From positions 2,240,001 to 2,304,000 of the forward strand of contig OZ244905.1 of assembly GCA_965221695.1 (NCBI GenBank): a DNA stretch of 64,000 bases, read 5' to 3'. Position 1 is the first letter of the stretch. Every line of letters starts with the position of its first letter. Shown here piece after piece: positions 1 through 8,254 of this stretch. Both the position numbers and the translations under genes were made by a program. The DNA comes from Gammaproteobacteria bacterium. GTDB taxonomy: Bacteria; Pseudomonadota; Gammaproteobacteria; Eutrophobiales; Eutrophobiaceae. The notes beneath the pieces were generated by a model. It saw only the letters and a list, made by a program, of their open reading frames with translations. It did not search any database and had not been told where the DNA came from.

Positions 1-7
1 GACCGCA

Positions 8-34
8 CGCGGGCGGGGCGCCCGCACTCCCAGG
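8..34 (+). repeat. REP-like hairpin, family B (GCGGGCG..CGCCCGC.CTCCCAGGA)
   Basis: cgcgggcggggcgcccgcactcccagga; similar copies at 5909 and 28041. Confidence 0.6.
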
Positions 35-43
35 ATGGTCTTG

Positions 44-442
44 TCAGGTCTGCTCCCAGGGCAGTTTGTGAAAGCGCCAGCCGTTCCGGTTGCTGCGGTG
101 GCGGTTTTCGTCCAGGTCGCCTTCAAAGCCTTCGGCAATGTTTACCGTGTGCCGGTAGCCATGCTGTTCCAGCAGTTGCGCCGCGAGCATTGAACGTTTG
201 CCGCTGCGGCAGAGGGTCAGGATGGTGGTGTTCTTGCTGCCCGCGCCCAATCGTTCGATCACCTTTTGAGCAAAGTCCGGGTCGGTAGTCCAATCGGGCG
301 CTTCCTGCAAGGGTATGTGGACGGCCCCGACGGGGTGCCCCACGTAATCAAACTCGACCTTTGAGCGTACATCAAGCAGGATTGCGTCGGGGTTTTCCTG
401 GAGCATCAGCCAGGCCTGTTTGGGGTCAACTTCGGCAACCAT
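44..442 (-). CDS. rhodanese-like domain protein
   Basis: LLDVR..EF..GHP.GA.HIP and active-site loop CRSGKRS. Confidence 0.9.
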   Translation of the reverse strand: MVAEVDPKQAWLMLQENPDAILLDVRSKVEFDYVGHPVGAVHIPLQEAPDWTTDPDFAQKVIERLGAGSKNTTILTLCRSGKRSMLAAQLLEQHGYRHTVNIAEGFEGDLDENRHRSNRNGWRFHKLPWEQT

Positions 443-443
443 G

Positions 444-1211
444 TTATGGTCCTCCTGTTGGTACTATATCGTTTGTGGTTTGAATGTCGGCGATGATGGA
501 TTGCGCCGCGCGCAGTGGATCAGGTGCTTGTGTAATCGGGCGGCCTACCACCAGGTAGTCTGCGCCGTCAGCAATCGCCTGGCGTGGTGTCAGTGTGCGT
601 TTGTGATCGTGATGTCCGACCTCGGCAGGGCGGATGCCCGGGGTAACGATCAGGAAATCCCGGTCGCGAAATTCCCGGCGCAAGGCGCGCACGGACGAAC
701 CGGATGCAATCAAGCCTTCACAGCCGGCATCCAGGGCTTGCCGCGCCCGGCGCAGGACGATGTTGTCGGTGTTTGGCTTGGCGCCGTCCGGGGATAGCTC
801 CTTCAGGTCAGCGGCGTCCATGCTGGACAGTACGGTGAGCATCAGCAGGCTGGGTTTGCTGTTCTCGCCGCGCCCGCGTTTCGCGGCCGTAACCGTGGAA
901 CTGCCGCCATGGATGGTCAGCAACTCCAGCCTGCCGTTGAATTCATTGGGCATGTTGGCCAATGCAGCTTGCACGGTGCGGTCGATATCATTGATTTTCA
1001 GGTCCAGAAAAACCTTGTTGCCGGCCTCTAGCAACGCGCTGATGAACGGCCAGCCTTCTCCAAGGAACAGTTGCCAGCCTACTTTATAGAAATTGACCGT
1101 GCTGCCGAGCTGTTCGATCAGGTTTTCAGCTTCGGCCGCACGATCGAAGTCCAAAGCGATGATCAGCCGATCAGCGGGCGCGAGCTTTGTTGGTGGAAAT
1201 TCAGTTGCCAT
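444..1211 (-). CDS. pyrF: orotidine-5'-phosphate decarboxylase
   Basis: RLIIALD, FYKVG, DLKxxD catalytic motif, VTPGIRP, LVVGRPI. Confidence 0.93.
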   Translation of the reverse strand: MATEFPPTKLAPADRLIIALDFDRAAEAENLIEQLGSTVNFYKVGWQLFLGEGWPFISALLEAGNKVFLDLKINDIDRTVQAALANMPNEFNGRLELLTIHGGSSTVTAAKRGRGENSKPSLLMLTVLSSMDAADLKELSPDGAKPNTDNIVLRRARQALDAGCEGLIASGSSVRALRREFRDRDFLIVTPGIRPAEVGHHDHKRTLTPRQAIADGADYLVVGRPITQAPDPLRAAQSIIADIQTTNDIVPTGGP

Positions 1212-1325
1212 ATATTACGTTTCTCGTAGTTATTCTAAGGAACCTCTGAAGATTAAGATTGTTGGTTCACTGCCATTTCCTCCGTACTATTCCCGCGAAA
1301 TAAGAAATCTCTGGCGCTCATTGTC

Positions 1326-2282
1326 TTACAGAAGCCCGTCGTGTTCCAGCCGTCGGAGTACCTGCGCAGGTTGCAGCTCGGCCAGGGGGGTTGTCCTGAA
1401 TACGGCCTCATCCCTGTTCAAGGATAGTACGCGCTCGCGCTGGCCGACTGCGTGGTTGCGGCGCCAATCAGTGGGGCCGAATAAGCCGTAGACCGGGATG
1501 GGGCCGCAGGCGAGCAGGTGCATGGGACCTGAATCATTGGTAACGGCAATCCTGGCCTGGCCGGCCAGCGCGACCAGTTGCAGAAATGAAAACGCCGCAT
1601 TGGCATTCACGCCGGTGATACGGGCCAGGTCAGCATTTGTATGCCGGTCTTGCTCACCGCCTGCCCAGACCGTGACATAGCCTTGTTGCGCCAGGGACAG
1701 GGCCAATTCCCCGAAGTAAGGCCAGCGTTTTTCCTGGCGCCGGGCGCTGGCGCCCGCATGCATGATGACGAGTTTTCGGTCCGGCAGGTCCCGCTCCTGC
1801 AACCATTCGCTGACTTTGTGCTGGTCCGCTGCGGAAGGGCGCAGGCAGGGAACGACGCCGTCGGTGGAAATCCCGGCGGCCTCCAATATTTCCAGCATCC
1901 TGTCATGGATATGGCGCTGCCCGGTATAGCGATCTTGCGGGTGCAGGTTATAGGGAAAGCGCGGGTGGTTGCCGGCCTGCTCCGGGATTCCCGAGAGGCC
2001 GCACAGCGCGCCGGTACGGTCGTTGGACTGCAAGTCGTACACCCGCAGAAAACCTTGTTTTCGCACCCACAGGGCGGTTGCCAGGGTGGAACGCAAGCTG
2101 CTGCGGTCAAACGTCTTCAACTCCAGGTTGGGCCAGGTCTCAAACAATTTGATATAAGAAGGACTGGTGAGAAGAACGCAGCGGCGCGGTGCGTGGTGTT
2201 GTAAAATCCGATCAATCAGACCGGTGGCCATGACCACATCGCCCAATGCCCCGAGCTTGATGATCAGTATATCCTTACGCAT
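1326..2282 (-). CDS. glycosyltransferase family 9 (heptosyltransferase-like)
   Basis: IKLGALGDVVM, KRWP, TNDSGPMHL, LFGPT. Confidence 0.9.
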   Translation of the reverse strand: MRKDILIIKLGALGDVVMATGLIDRILQHHAPRRCVLLTSPSYIKLFETWPNLELKTFDRSSLRSTLATALWVRKQGFLRVYDLQSNDRTGALCGLSGIPEQAGNHPRFPYNLHPQDRYTGQRHIHDRMLEILEAAGISTDGVVPCLRPSAADQHKVSEWLQERDLPDRKLVIMHAGASARRQEKRWPYFGELALSLAQQGYVTVWAGGEQDRHTNADLARITGVNANAAFSFLQLVALAGQARIAVTNDSGPMHLLACGPIPVYGLFGPTDWRRNHAVGQRERVLSLNRDEAVFRTTPLAELQPAQVLRRLEHDGLL

Positions 2283-2598
2283 CGGCCAGGGGATTGTGAT
2301 ATTCCTCTAGAAACACTGGCAGGCTAGCGGAAAACAGGGCTTTGTACAGGCCGCTGAAACGAGTGTTTAACTGGCGCGCCTGTTCGTACAAGGTGAGGGT
2401 CGGGTTCAGCATTCGTTCCAGGGTAAAGCTGCAAAACGTGGCGATAGGTGGCCGGATGTTCAGGTTGTTGAAAGAAGTGTTCATCCGGCGAGCCAGTGCA
2501 TACAAGGCCAAGGTCTGGTCCAGCATTTGTCTCAAGGTAAAGCTGCGATTCGATGCGATAGGCGGTTGCGCGTACAGGTTGCTGAAAGGAGCCATCAT
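2275..2598 (-). CDS. hypothetical protein made of tandem copies of the neighbouring GT4 C-terminal helix
   Basis: Two 38-aa units (SFTLRQMLDQTLALY / SFTLERMLNPTLTLY); ATGA overlap with the upstream stop; its stop overlaps the next start. Confidence 0.55.
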   Translation of the reverse strand: MMAPFSNLYAQPPIASNRSFTLRQMLDQTLALYALARRMNTSFNNLNIRPPIATFCSFTLERMLNPTLTLYEQARQLNTRFSGLYKALFSASLPVFLEEYHNPLADA

Positions 2599-2695
2599 CC
2601 GGCGTGCGCCTGTTCGTACAAAGCCAGGGTCTGGTCCAGCATTCGTTCCAGGGTAAAGCTGCGGTTCGGCGCGATAGTTGGCCTGGCGTTCAGAA
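2345..2695 (-). repeat. degenerate tandem repeat, ~114-116 bp period, 3 copies plus a partial one
   Basis: Anchor RGGTAAAGCTGC at 2421, 2535 and 2651. Confidence 0.9.
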
Positions 2696-3704
2696 AGTCC
2701 TGAACCTTTTCCGCGATGGCAGCCCTGTTACCCGGTTCCACCAGGCCGTCAGGCTGCAGTTCTTCCAGCACTTCGCGGGCGCCCCCGTGGGCGTAGGCGA
2801 CTACCGGACGCCCCAGCGAGAGCGCTTCCAGCGCAGTCCTGCCGAAGGCTTCGGGGATGTTTGCCAGCGACATGACGACATCGGAGATACTCAGCAGTTC
2901 GCGCAGGTCGTGACGCTGACCCAGGAAGCTGATGTCGTTTCCCAGACCGTGCCGGTTAACCATCCGGGTTAACTCCTTGAGGAACCTTTCACGGCGCGGT
3001 TCCGCGCCGCCCGCAACCAGGCCGTGGACATGGGTTCCGGCCTGATTCAGACGCCCGATGATATCGATAAAATCCAGGTGGCCTTTCCAGCGGGTGATGC
3101 GGCCGGGCAGGGTAACCAGTGTCTTGCCCTGCAGTTGCGGCTGGTCAGCGCGCCAGCGCGCCAGCCACGTCGCGGAAGGTCGGTAGCCCTCGGGGAAAGA
3201 ATCGGGATCCACGCCACGGTGAATGATCGATATCTTACCGGGATCTACGCGGGGGTAATTTGCGATGATGTAGTCATGGATAAACTTCGAAATGGCTATC
3301 ACCTTCTGTCCTCGGGTCATGACAGCGCTGTAATGGCCGACGCGGTAGGGGCCGTGTACCGTGGTGATGAACACGGGCCGTCTGGCCTCGGGCATGTTTT
3401 TCCAGGCAAGGTAACAGACCCAGGCCGGCAGGCGCGAGCGCGCATGCAAGATATCCACCTTTTCTTCCAGCAGGAAACGTCGCAGGCGAAATGCCAGCAG
3501 CAGTGTGAATGGGGACTTTTTGCCGACAGGCCAGGTATAGTGCCGGGAACCGCCGGCGGTGAGTTCAGCCGTCAGTGACCCACCGGCGGACATGACCAGT
3601 GAACGATGGCCGCGGCGCGCCAGTTCAGCGGCCACATCAAGAGTCCCGCGTTCCACCCCGCCCGTTTCCAGGGCCGGCAGCGTTTGCAGTACGGTCAAGG
3701 ACAT
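2595..3704 (-). CDS. glycosyltransferase family 4
   Basis: GGVERGT, HARSRLPAW, GRITRWKGH, EAFGRTALEA; start taken at MSLTVLQ (3704). Confidence 0.92.
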   Translation of the reverse strand: MSLTVLQTLPALETGGVERGTLDVAAELARRGHRSLVMSAGGSLTAELTAGGSRHYTWPVGKKSPFTLLLAFRLRRFLLEEKVDILHARSRLPAWVCYLAWKNMPEARRPVFITTVHGPYRVGHYSAVMTRGQKVIAISKFIHDYIIANYPRVDPGKISIIHRGVDPDSFPEGYRPSATWLARWRADQPQLQGKTLVTLPGRITRWKGHLDFIDIIGRLNQAGTHVHGLVAGGAEPRRERFLKELTRMVNRHGLGNDISFLGQRHDLRELLSISDVVMSLANIPEAFGRTALEALSLGRPVVAYAHGGAREVLEELQPDGLVEPGNRAAIAEKVQDFLNARPTIAPNRSFTLERMLDQTLALYEQAHAG

Positions 3705-4660
3705 GTTGCGATACCGGCTGTTTGCGCCAGCAATCCTTTCTCCAGCAGCAGGTCGGCGCAACGATCGGCTTCAGCGAGTGTCCGCGGTGAAACAGGCAGC
3801 TCTGCCACAACATCGTTGCCGCCGTGGGCGCCGACGAAGCCGTCCTTGAGCAATTGGTCGACTGCGCGATGCAGGCGGCTTGCGGACTTTCTTTGCAGCG
3901 GCAGCAGGCCTACGCGACAGCTGGAAGAGAGCGCCTCGCAAATCATCGAAACACTGTCTTCGGTTACCCATACATCGCGGGCGCGAGCCAGCGCCTGCGC
4001 CAGCCAGTCACGCCCACAGTCGTCCCAGAACACGACGTCCACGCGGTCATTTTTAAGTCCGGCAAGATCATGCGCGAGTTGCACGGGGGTACGCGGAGAA
4101 TTGGCCACGGTCCAGTTACGGGGCGACGGGCGCGCCAGCAATTGCCTGATGCGCGCCAGCAACGCGTCAGGGTCCATGCGGTAATGCCGGGAAGGTCCGC
4201 CAATCAGTATCAGGCCCTGTTCCGCATCGTGGTTGTGCGTTGGCTGTATGGGGTTAAGTGCGCCTGCCGTTACGATGACATTATCTCTCGCCGGCGGGTC
4301 GTCATGGGCCGGGACCAGGCAGTAATCGAACCAGCCCAGCGGTAGGCTGGGACGCATGAGCACGACGGTCCTGGCCCGGTGTGCCCGGCGCACAGCGAGC
4401 AAGGCGGCATGAGTTGCGTGGCCGGCGCCGATCGCCACCAGCGGCGCCGGCAGAGCGCCTGTCCAAGGCGTTTTTCCGCTGACGCAGGATGCCAGGGAGC
4501 GGCTCAACGGTGGCGCCGTTACCTGGTATGTTATCAGCGGTACGCGCCGGCGCAGGGCATCAATTAACCCGGTCGACTGGCTCAGGTGGCCGCGTTTACC
4601 GTCACAGATCTGCCAGAGGATGACAGGGTCGCATGAGACTTGACGGGATGTGAGGTTCAA
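3695..4660 (-). CDS. ELM1-family (mitochondrial fission ELM1 / DUF1022) protein
   Basis: DGKRGHLSQS.GL, LIGGPSRH, SPRTP, WVTEDSVSMICEA; start uncertain. Confidence 0.85.
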   Translation of the reverse strand: MNLTSRQVSCDPVILWQICDGKRGHLSQSTGLIDALRRRVPLITYQVTAPPLSRSLASCVSGKTPWTGALPAPLVAIGAGHATHAALLAVRRAHRARTVVLMRPSLPLGWFDYCLVPAHDDPPARDNVIVTAGALNPIQPTHNHDAEQGLILIGGPSRHYRMDPDALLARIRQLLARPSPRNWTVANSPRTPVQLAHDLAGLKNDRVDVVFWDDCGRDWLAQALARARDVWVTEDSVSMICEALSSSCRVGLLPLQRKSASRLHRAVDQLLKDGFVGAHGGNDVVAELPVSPRTLAEADRCADLLLEKGLLAQTAGIATCP

Positions 4661-4666
4661 ACCGGT

Positions 4667-4864
4667 TCAGGCAATAGCTTCCAGCGTGAACTCGGCTCCA
4701 CAATAAGGGCATTTTGCCGTGCCCGTTTCCTCTATCGGCAGGTACACCCGCGGGTGCGAATTCCACAGGCTCATGCTCGGCAGTGGGCAAGACAGGGGCA
4801 GATCCCGCCGGCTGATGACATAATGTTGCCGATCATTCGGCGTGTTGGCTCCGATCGCATTCAT
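4667..4864 (-). CDS. zinc-finger (zf-CHCC) protein
   Basis: LPLSCP..WNSHPRVYL..CPYCG; ATG overlaps the ilvE stop. Confidence 0.88.
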   Translation of the reverse strand: MNAIGANTPNDRQHYVISRRDLPLSCPLPSMSLWNSHPRVYLPIEETGTAKCPYCGAEFTLEAIA

Positions 4865-5811
4865 ACTGCCTGCGCAACCTCGCGGGATTCTTCCACATAG
4901 GTCAGCCATTCCGGGCGCCGGACCTTGCGACCATTAACCTGGTCGAAAAACATGTTCTGGAGTTTCCTGGTGACCGGGCCGCGCCGGCCGGTCCCGATTG
5001 CCCGGTTGTCCAGTTCCACTACGGGGGTGACTTCCGCCGCAGTGCCGGTAAAAAATGCCTCGTCGGCAATATAAACCTCGTCCCGGGTCAGTCGTTTCTC
5101 AATTACCTCCATGCCCAGGTCGCGGGCGAATACCATGATGGTATCCCGGGTTACGCCTTCTAACGCGGAGGTCAGGTCCGGGGTGTAAATAATACCGTCG
5201 CGTACAATGAAGATGTTCTCGCCGCTGCCCTCGGCGACATAGCCCTCGTTGTCCAGCAGCAATGCCTCGTCGTAGCCGCATTCCAGGGCTTCGTGCAACG
5301 CAAGTATGGAGTTGATGTAATGACCGACGGCCTTAGCCTTGCACATGGAGATGTTGACATGGTGGCGGGTGAAAGAAGATGTTCGGATACGGATGCCTTT
5401 TTCCAGCCCCTCATCGCCGAGGTAGGCGCCCCATTCCCAGGCCGCAACTGCTACGTGAACGCTGAGATTGTTCGCACGCAGACCCAGCGCCTCGGACCCG
5501 TAAAAACAGATCGGCCGAAGATAGGCCGCCGACAGGCCGTTCTCCAGCACCACCGTGGCGCAGGCGTCATTAATTTCGTCGAGGGTGTGGGGTACGCGCA
5601 TTCCCAGGATATGCGCAGATTGGAACATGCGCCGAGTATGGTCGTGTAACCTGAAGATAGCCGCGCCGCGCGACGTTTCATAGGCGCGCATGCCTTCGAA
5701 CACCCCCACGCCGTAATGCAGGGTGTGTGTAAGTACGTGAACTTTCGCATCCCTCCAAGGAACCAGTTCCCCGTTGAACCAGATTACGCCGTCGCGATCA
5801 GCCATTGACAT
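4861..5811 (-). CDS. ilvE: branched-chain amino acid aminotransferase
   Basis: LHYGVGVFEG, EGSGENIF, LEGVTR, TGTAAEVTP. Confidence 0.96.
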   Translation of the reverse strand: MSMADRDGVIWFNGELVPWRDAKVHVLTHTLHYGVGVFEGMRAYETSRGAAIFRLHDHTRRMFQSAHILGMRVPHTLDEINDACATVVLENGLSAAYLRPICFYGSEALGLRANNLSVHVAVAAWEWGAYLGDEGLEKGIRIRTSSFTRHHVNISMCKAKAVGHYINSILALHEALECGYDEALLLDNEGYVAEGSGENIFIVRDGIIYTPDLTSALEGVTRDTIMVFARDLGMEVIEKRLTRDEVYIADEAFFTGTAAEVTPVVELDNRAIGTGRRGPVTRKLQNMFFDQVNGRKVRRPEWLTYVEESREVAQAV

Positions 5812-5908
5812 CTTGTGTTTCCTTTAACATTTGGACATTATGATAATTTAACCTGTCATTCTATCATCAAACTGCAGAAACCGCGCATCCGGGCGCCAGC
5901 CCGCCAAT

Positions 5909-5940
5909 CTGACGCGGGCGAGACGCCCGCGCTCCCAGGA
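5909..5940 (+). repeat. REP-like hairpin, family B
   Basis: ctgacgcgggcgagacgcccgcgctcccagga. Confidence 0.7.
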
Positions 5941-5980
5941 AAAACGGTGAAACACAAAGTATGCTCATGCCCTGGACAGG

Positions 5981-6883
5981 TCAGGAAAATCGGGCCAGGT
6001 GTTCCCTGACTTTTTCCGTAACGGTATTCACGGCGATGGTATCGATGTTCCGATTCGGGGCCGTATGCCAGGCCGCTAGAGGTCCCCAGGGGTGGTAGCG
6101 TTCCGGGTTGCCGGGTCCAAACAGGGTAAACGAACAGGTGTTGACCGCGGCGGCAATGTGGCCGAGGCCGGAGTCATTACCGAGAAACAGGGTCATGCGT
6201 TCCATCACTGCGGCGGTCTGCAACAGTGTCGCGCGACCGCACAGGTTGATACAGGGCAGGCGCACGTGTTCGGCAATGAGTTCCGCCTGCCGGTTATCAG
6301 CTTCGTTGCCCAGCAGCGCCAGCGCGTCGAACTCGTCGCTGAGTTCATTGGCCGCCAGCGCGTAGTTTTCCGCCGGCCAGATCTTTTTTTCCCAGTTAGC
6401 GCCGGGACCGATGCACAACCACCTGTTGCCGCGCAGTTGCCGGCAGACTGTTGCGGCATAATCCTTGTCCGCCGGTCCCAGCCACAATCCGACAGGCGGT
6501 ATTTCCCGGCTTCCGATTAGTGGCGAAAGAGTGGCAAAATGTTGCTCCACCGCGTGGGGTTGCCCGCCCCTGCCTGGCTTGGTGAGCCGTTTTTCTGCCC
6601 TGACCAGGCGGGCGAGGACATCCGTGCGCAAATCAACCACGATCTCATAGCGTTTGCGGCGCAATTCCCACAGCAGAGCCGGCGCCCCGCGTAACCACCG
6701 TTGCTTTTGTTTATGATAAATCTCGCCCCGGTACGGACAATGCAGGAACAGCATGGACGAACGCGCATCACCCACGATATCAATGGTCGCGGTCTCATCA
6801 TACCGATGCAAGGACTCCAATACCGGAGTCGTCAGCAACGCATCGCCGATATTGCTCAGCGTGATGAACAGGAAGTTGCTCAT
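5981..6883 (-). CDS. glycosyltransferase family 9
   Basis: LSNIGDALL, PGANWEKKIWP, GNDSGLGHIAAA, LFGP; start at MSNF overlaps the mnmE stop. Confidence 0.9.
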   Translation of the reverse strand: MSNFLFITLSNIGDALLTTPVLESLHRYDETATIDIVGDARSSMLFLHCPYRGEIYHKQKQRWLRGAPALLWELRRKRYEIVVDLRTDVLARLVRAEKRLTKPGRGGQPHAVEQHFATLSPLIGSREIPPVGLWLGPADKDYAATVCRQLRGNRWLCIGPGANWEKKIWPAENYALAANELSDEFDALALLGNEADNRQAELIAEHVRLPCINLCGRATLLQTAAVMERMTLFLGNDSGLGHIAAAVNTCSFTLFGPGNPERYHPWGPLAAWHTAPNRNIDTIAVNTVTEKVREHLARFS

Positions 6884-8244
6884 TATTTCCCTATACAAAA
6901 GCGGGAGAAGATTTCCCCGAGCAGGTCGTCAGCGCTATACTCGCCGGTGAGTTCGCCGAGTTTGCGTTGTGCCCGGGACAGGTCTTCGGCAAACAGTTCG
7001 GGTGCGCGCGTGTGCTGGTACTGCTGTGCGGCCTGTTCCAGCGCTTCTTCGACTGCGTGCAGGATGTTGAGGTGGCGGGTATGGGCAATGAAGCTGTTCT
7101 CCGATACGTCCGCGCCGGCCACCATGGTCGTTATTTCCTGTTTGAGCGCGTCCACGCCCGCGCCCGTCATGGCGGAGATATACAGTTCACGCGTGTCGTT
7201 TGCCGATGAGGGTTTGCCGGCGTCATGGCCGGTGAGGTCGATCTTGTTAAACACGTACAACAGTTTTTCCGCGCCCAGGTCTGCGGCGATGCTCTTGAGT
7301 TCACCGATATCTTCCAGGGTCGCATCGGCGATGAGAATGACCACGTCCGCGTTGTTTGCCGCTGACCTGGCGCGCCGGATGCCTTCCTGCTCGACCTGGT
7401 TGCCGGTTGTTCTTATCCCTGCGGTGTCGGTGATGCGGACCGGTATGCCGCCAATCAGGATCTGTTGCTCGATGGTATCCCGGGTGGTGCCGGGCAACGG
7501 CGATACAATCGCCCGCTCAATTTCGGCGAGGCGGTTCAGCAGGCTGGATTTCCCTGCATTGGGTTTGCCGATGATCGCAATGTTCAAGCCTTCCGCCAGC
7601 AGCCTGCCGGTTTCGGCGCCGGCGCAAATTTCGGCCAGGCAGCGCCGGCAAGCCGATAACCGGTCTTGCAGTTCAGCCTGTTCCGTAGAGCCAACCTCCT
7701 CCTCCGGAAAGTCCAGCGTCGCCTCGACGAACATGCGCAACTCGATAAGCCTGTTTGCCAACTCATCCAGTCGGGAGGAAAACGCGCCCTGCATTGAGCG
7801 GGCCGCGCTGGATGCAGCCTGTTCCGAGGCGCTGCTGATCAGGTCCGCGACGGCCTCTGCCTGCAACAGATCGATCTTGTTGTTAAGAAAGGCCCGTTCG
7901 CTGAATTCGCCGGGGCGCGCATAACGGGCGCCCAGCGACAGGACGCGTTGCAACAGCAGGTTCATTACCACCGGCCCGCCGTGGCCGTGCAGTTCGGCGA
8001 TGTCCTCGCCGGTATGTGAATCCGGCCCCTGGAAAAACAGCGCCAGGCCGCGATCCAGGACTTGTCCTTGCGCGTCGAGAAAGGTTGTCGGCCGGGCTTC
8101 CCGGTGTCCGGGCTTGGCCCCGCATATTGCCTTGACGATGTTGCCGCTGTCCGGCCCGGAGAGCTTTACGATCCCCACCGCTGCCTGTCCCGGCGCCGTG
8201 GCTATGGCCGCAATGGTATCTGTCTGTTCCGGCTTGCCGACCAT
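6883..8244 (-). CDS. mnmE: tRNA modification GTPase MnmE
   Basis: DTIAAIAT, GKPNAGKSS, PGTTRD, DTAG, NKID, C-terminal FCIGK; RBS GAGGAGG before the ATG at 8244. Confidence 0.97.
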   Translation of the reverse strand: MVGKPEQTDTIAAIATAPGQAAVGIVKLSGPDSGNIVKAICGAKPGHREARPTTFLDAQGQVLDRGLALFFQGPDSHTGEDIAELHGHGGPVVMNLLLQRVLSLGARYARPGEFSERAFLNNKIDLLQAEAVADLISSASEQAASSAARSMQGAFSSRLDELANRLIELRMFVEATLDFPEEEVGSTEQAELQDRLSACRRCLAEICAGAETGRLLAEGLNIAIIGKPNAGKSSLLNRLAEIERAIVSPLPGTTRDTIEQQILIGGIPVRITDTAGIRTTGNQVEQEGIRRARSAANNADVVILIADATLEDIGELKSIAADLGAEKLLYVFNKIDLTGHDAGKPSSANDTRELYISAMTGAGVDALKQEITTMVAGADVSENSFIAHTRHLNILHAVEEALEQAAQQYQHTRAPELFAEDLSRAQRKLGELTGEYSADDLLGEIFSRFCIGK

Positions 8245-8254
8245 TGCTGCCTCC

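Noticed and set aside
2345-2695. Diversity-generating retroelement (TR/VR-sized repeats at a gene 3' end)
   Set aside because: Differences are not confined to adenines, many are synonymous C/T or G/C changes, and no reverse transcriptase is in the window
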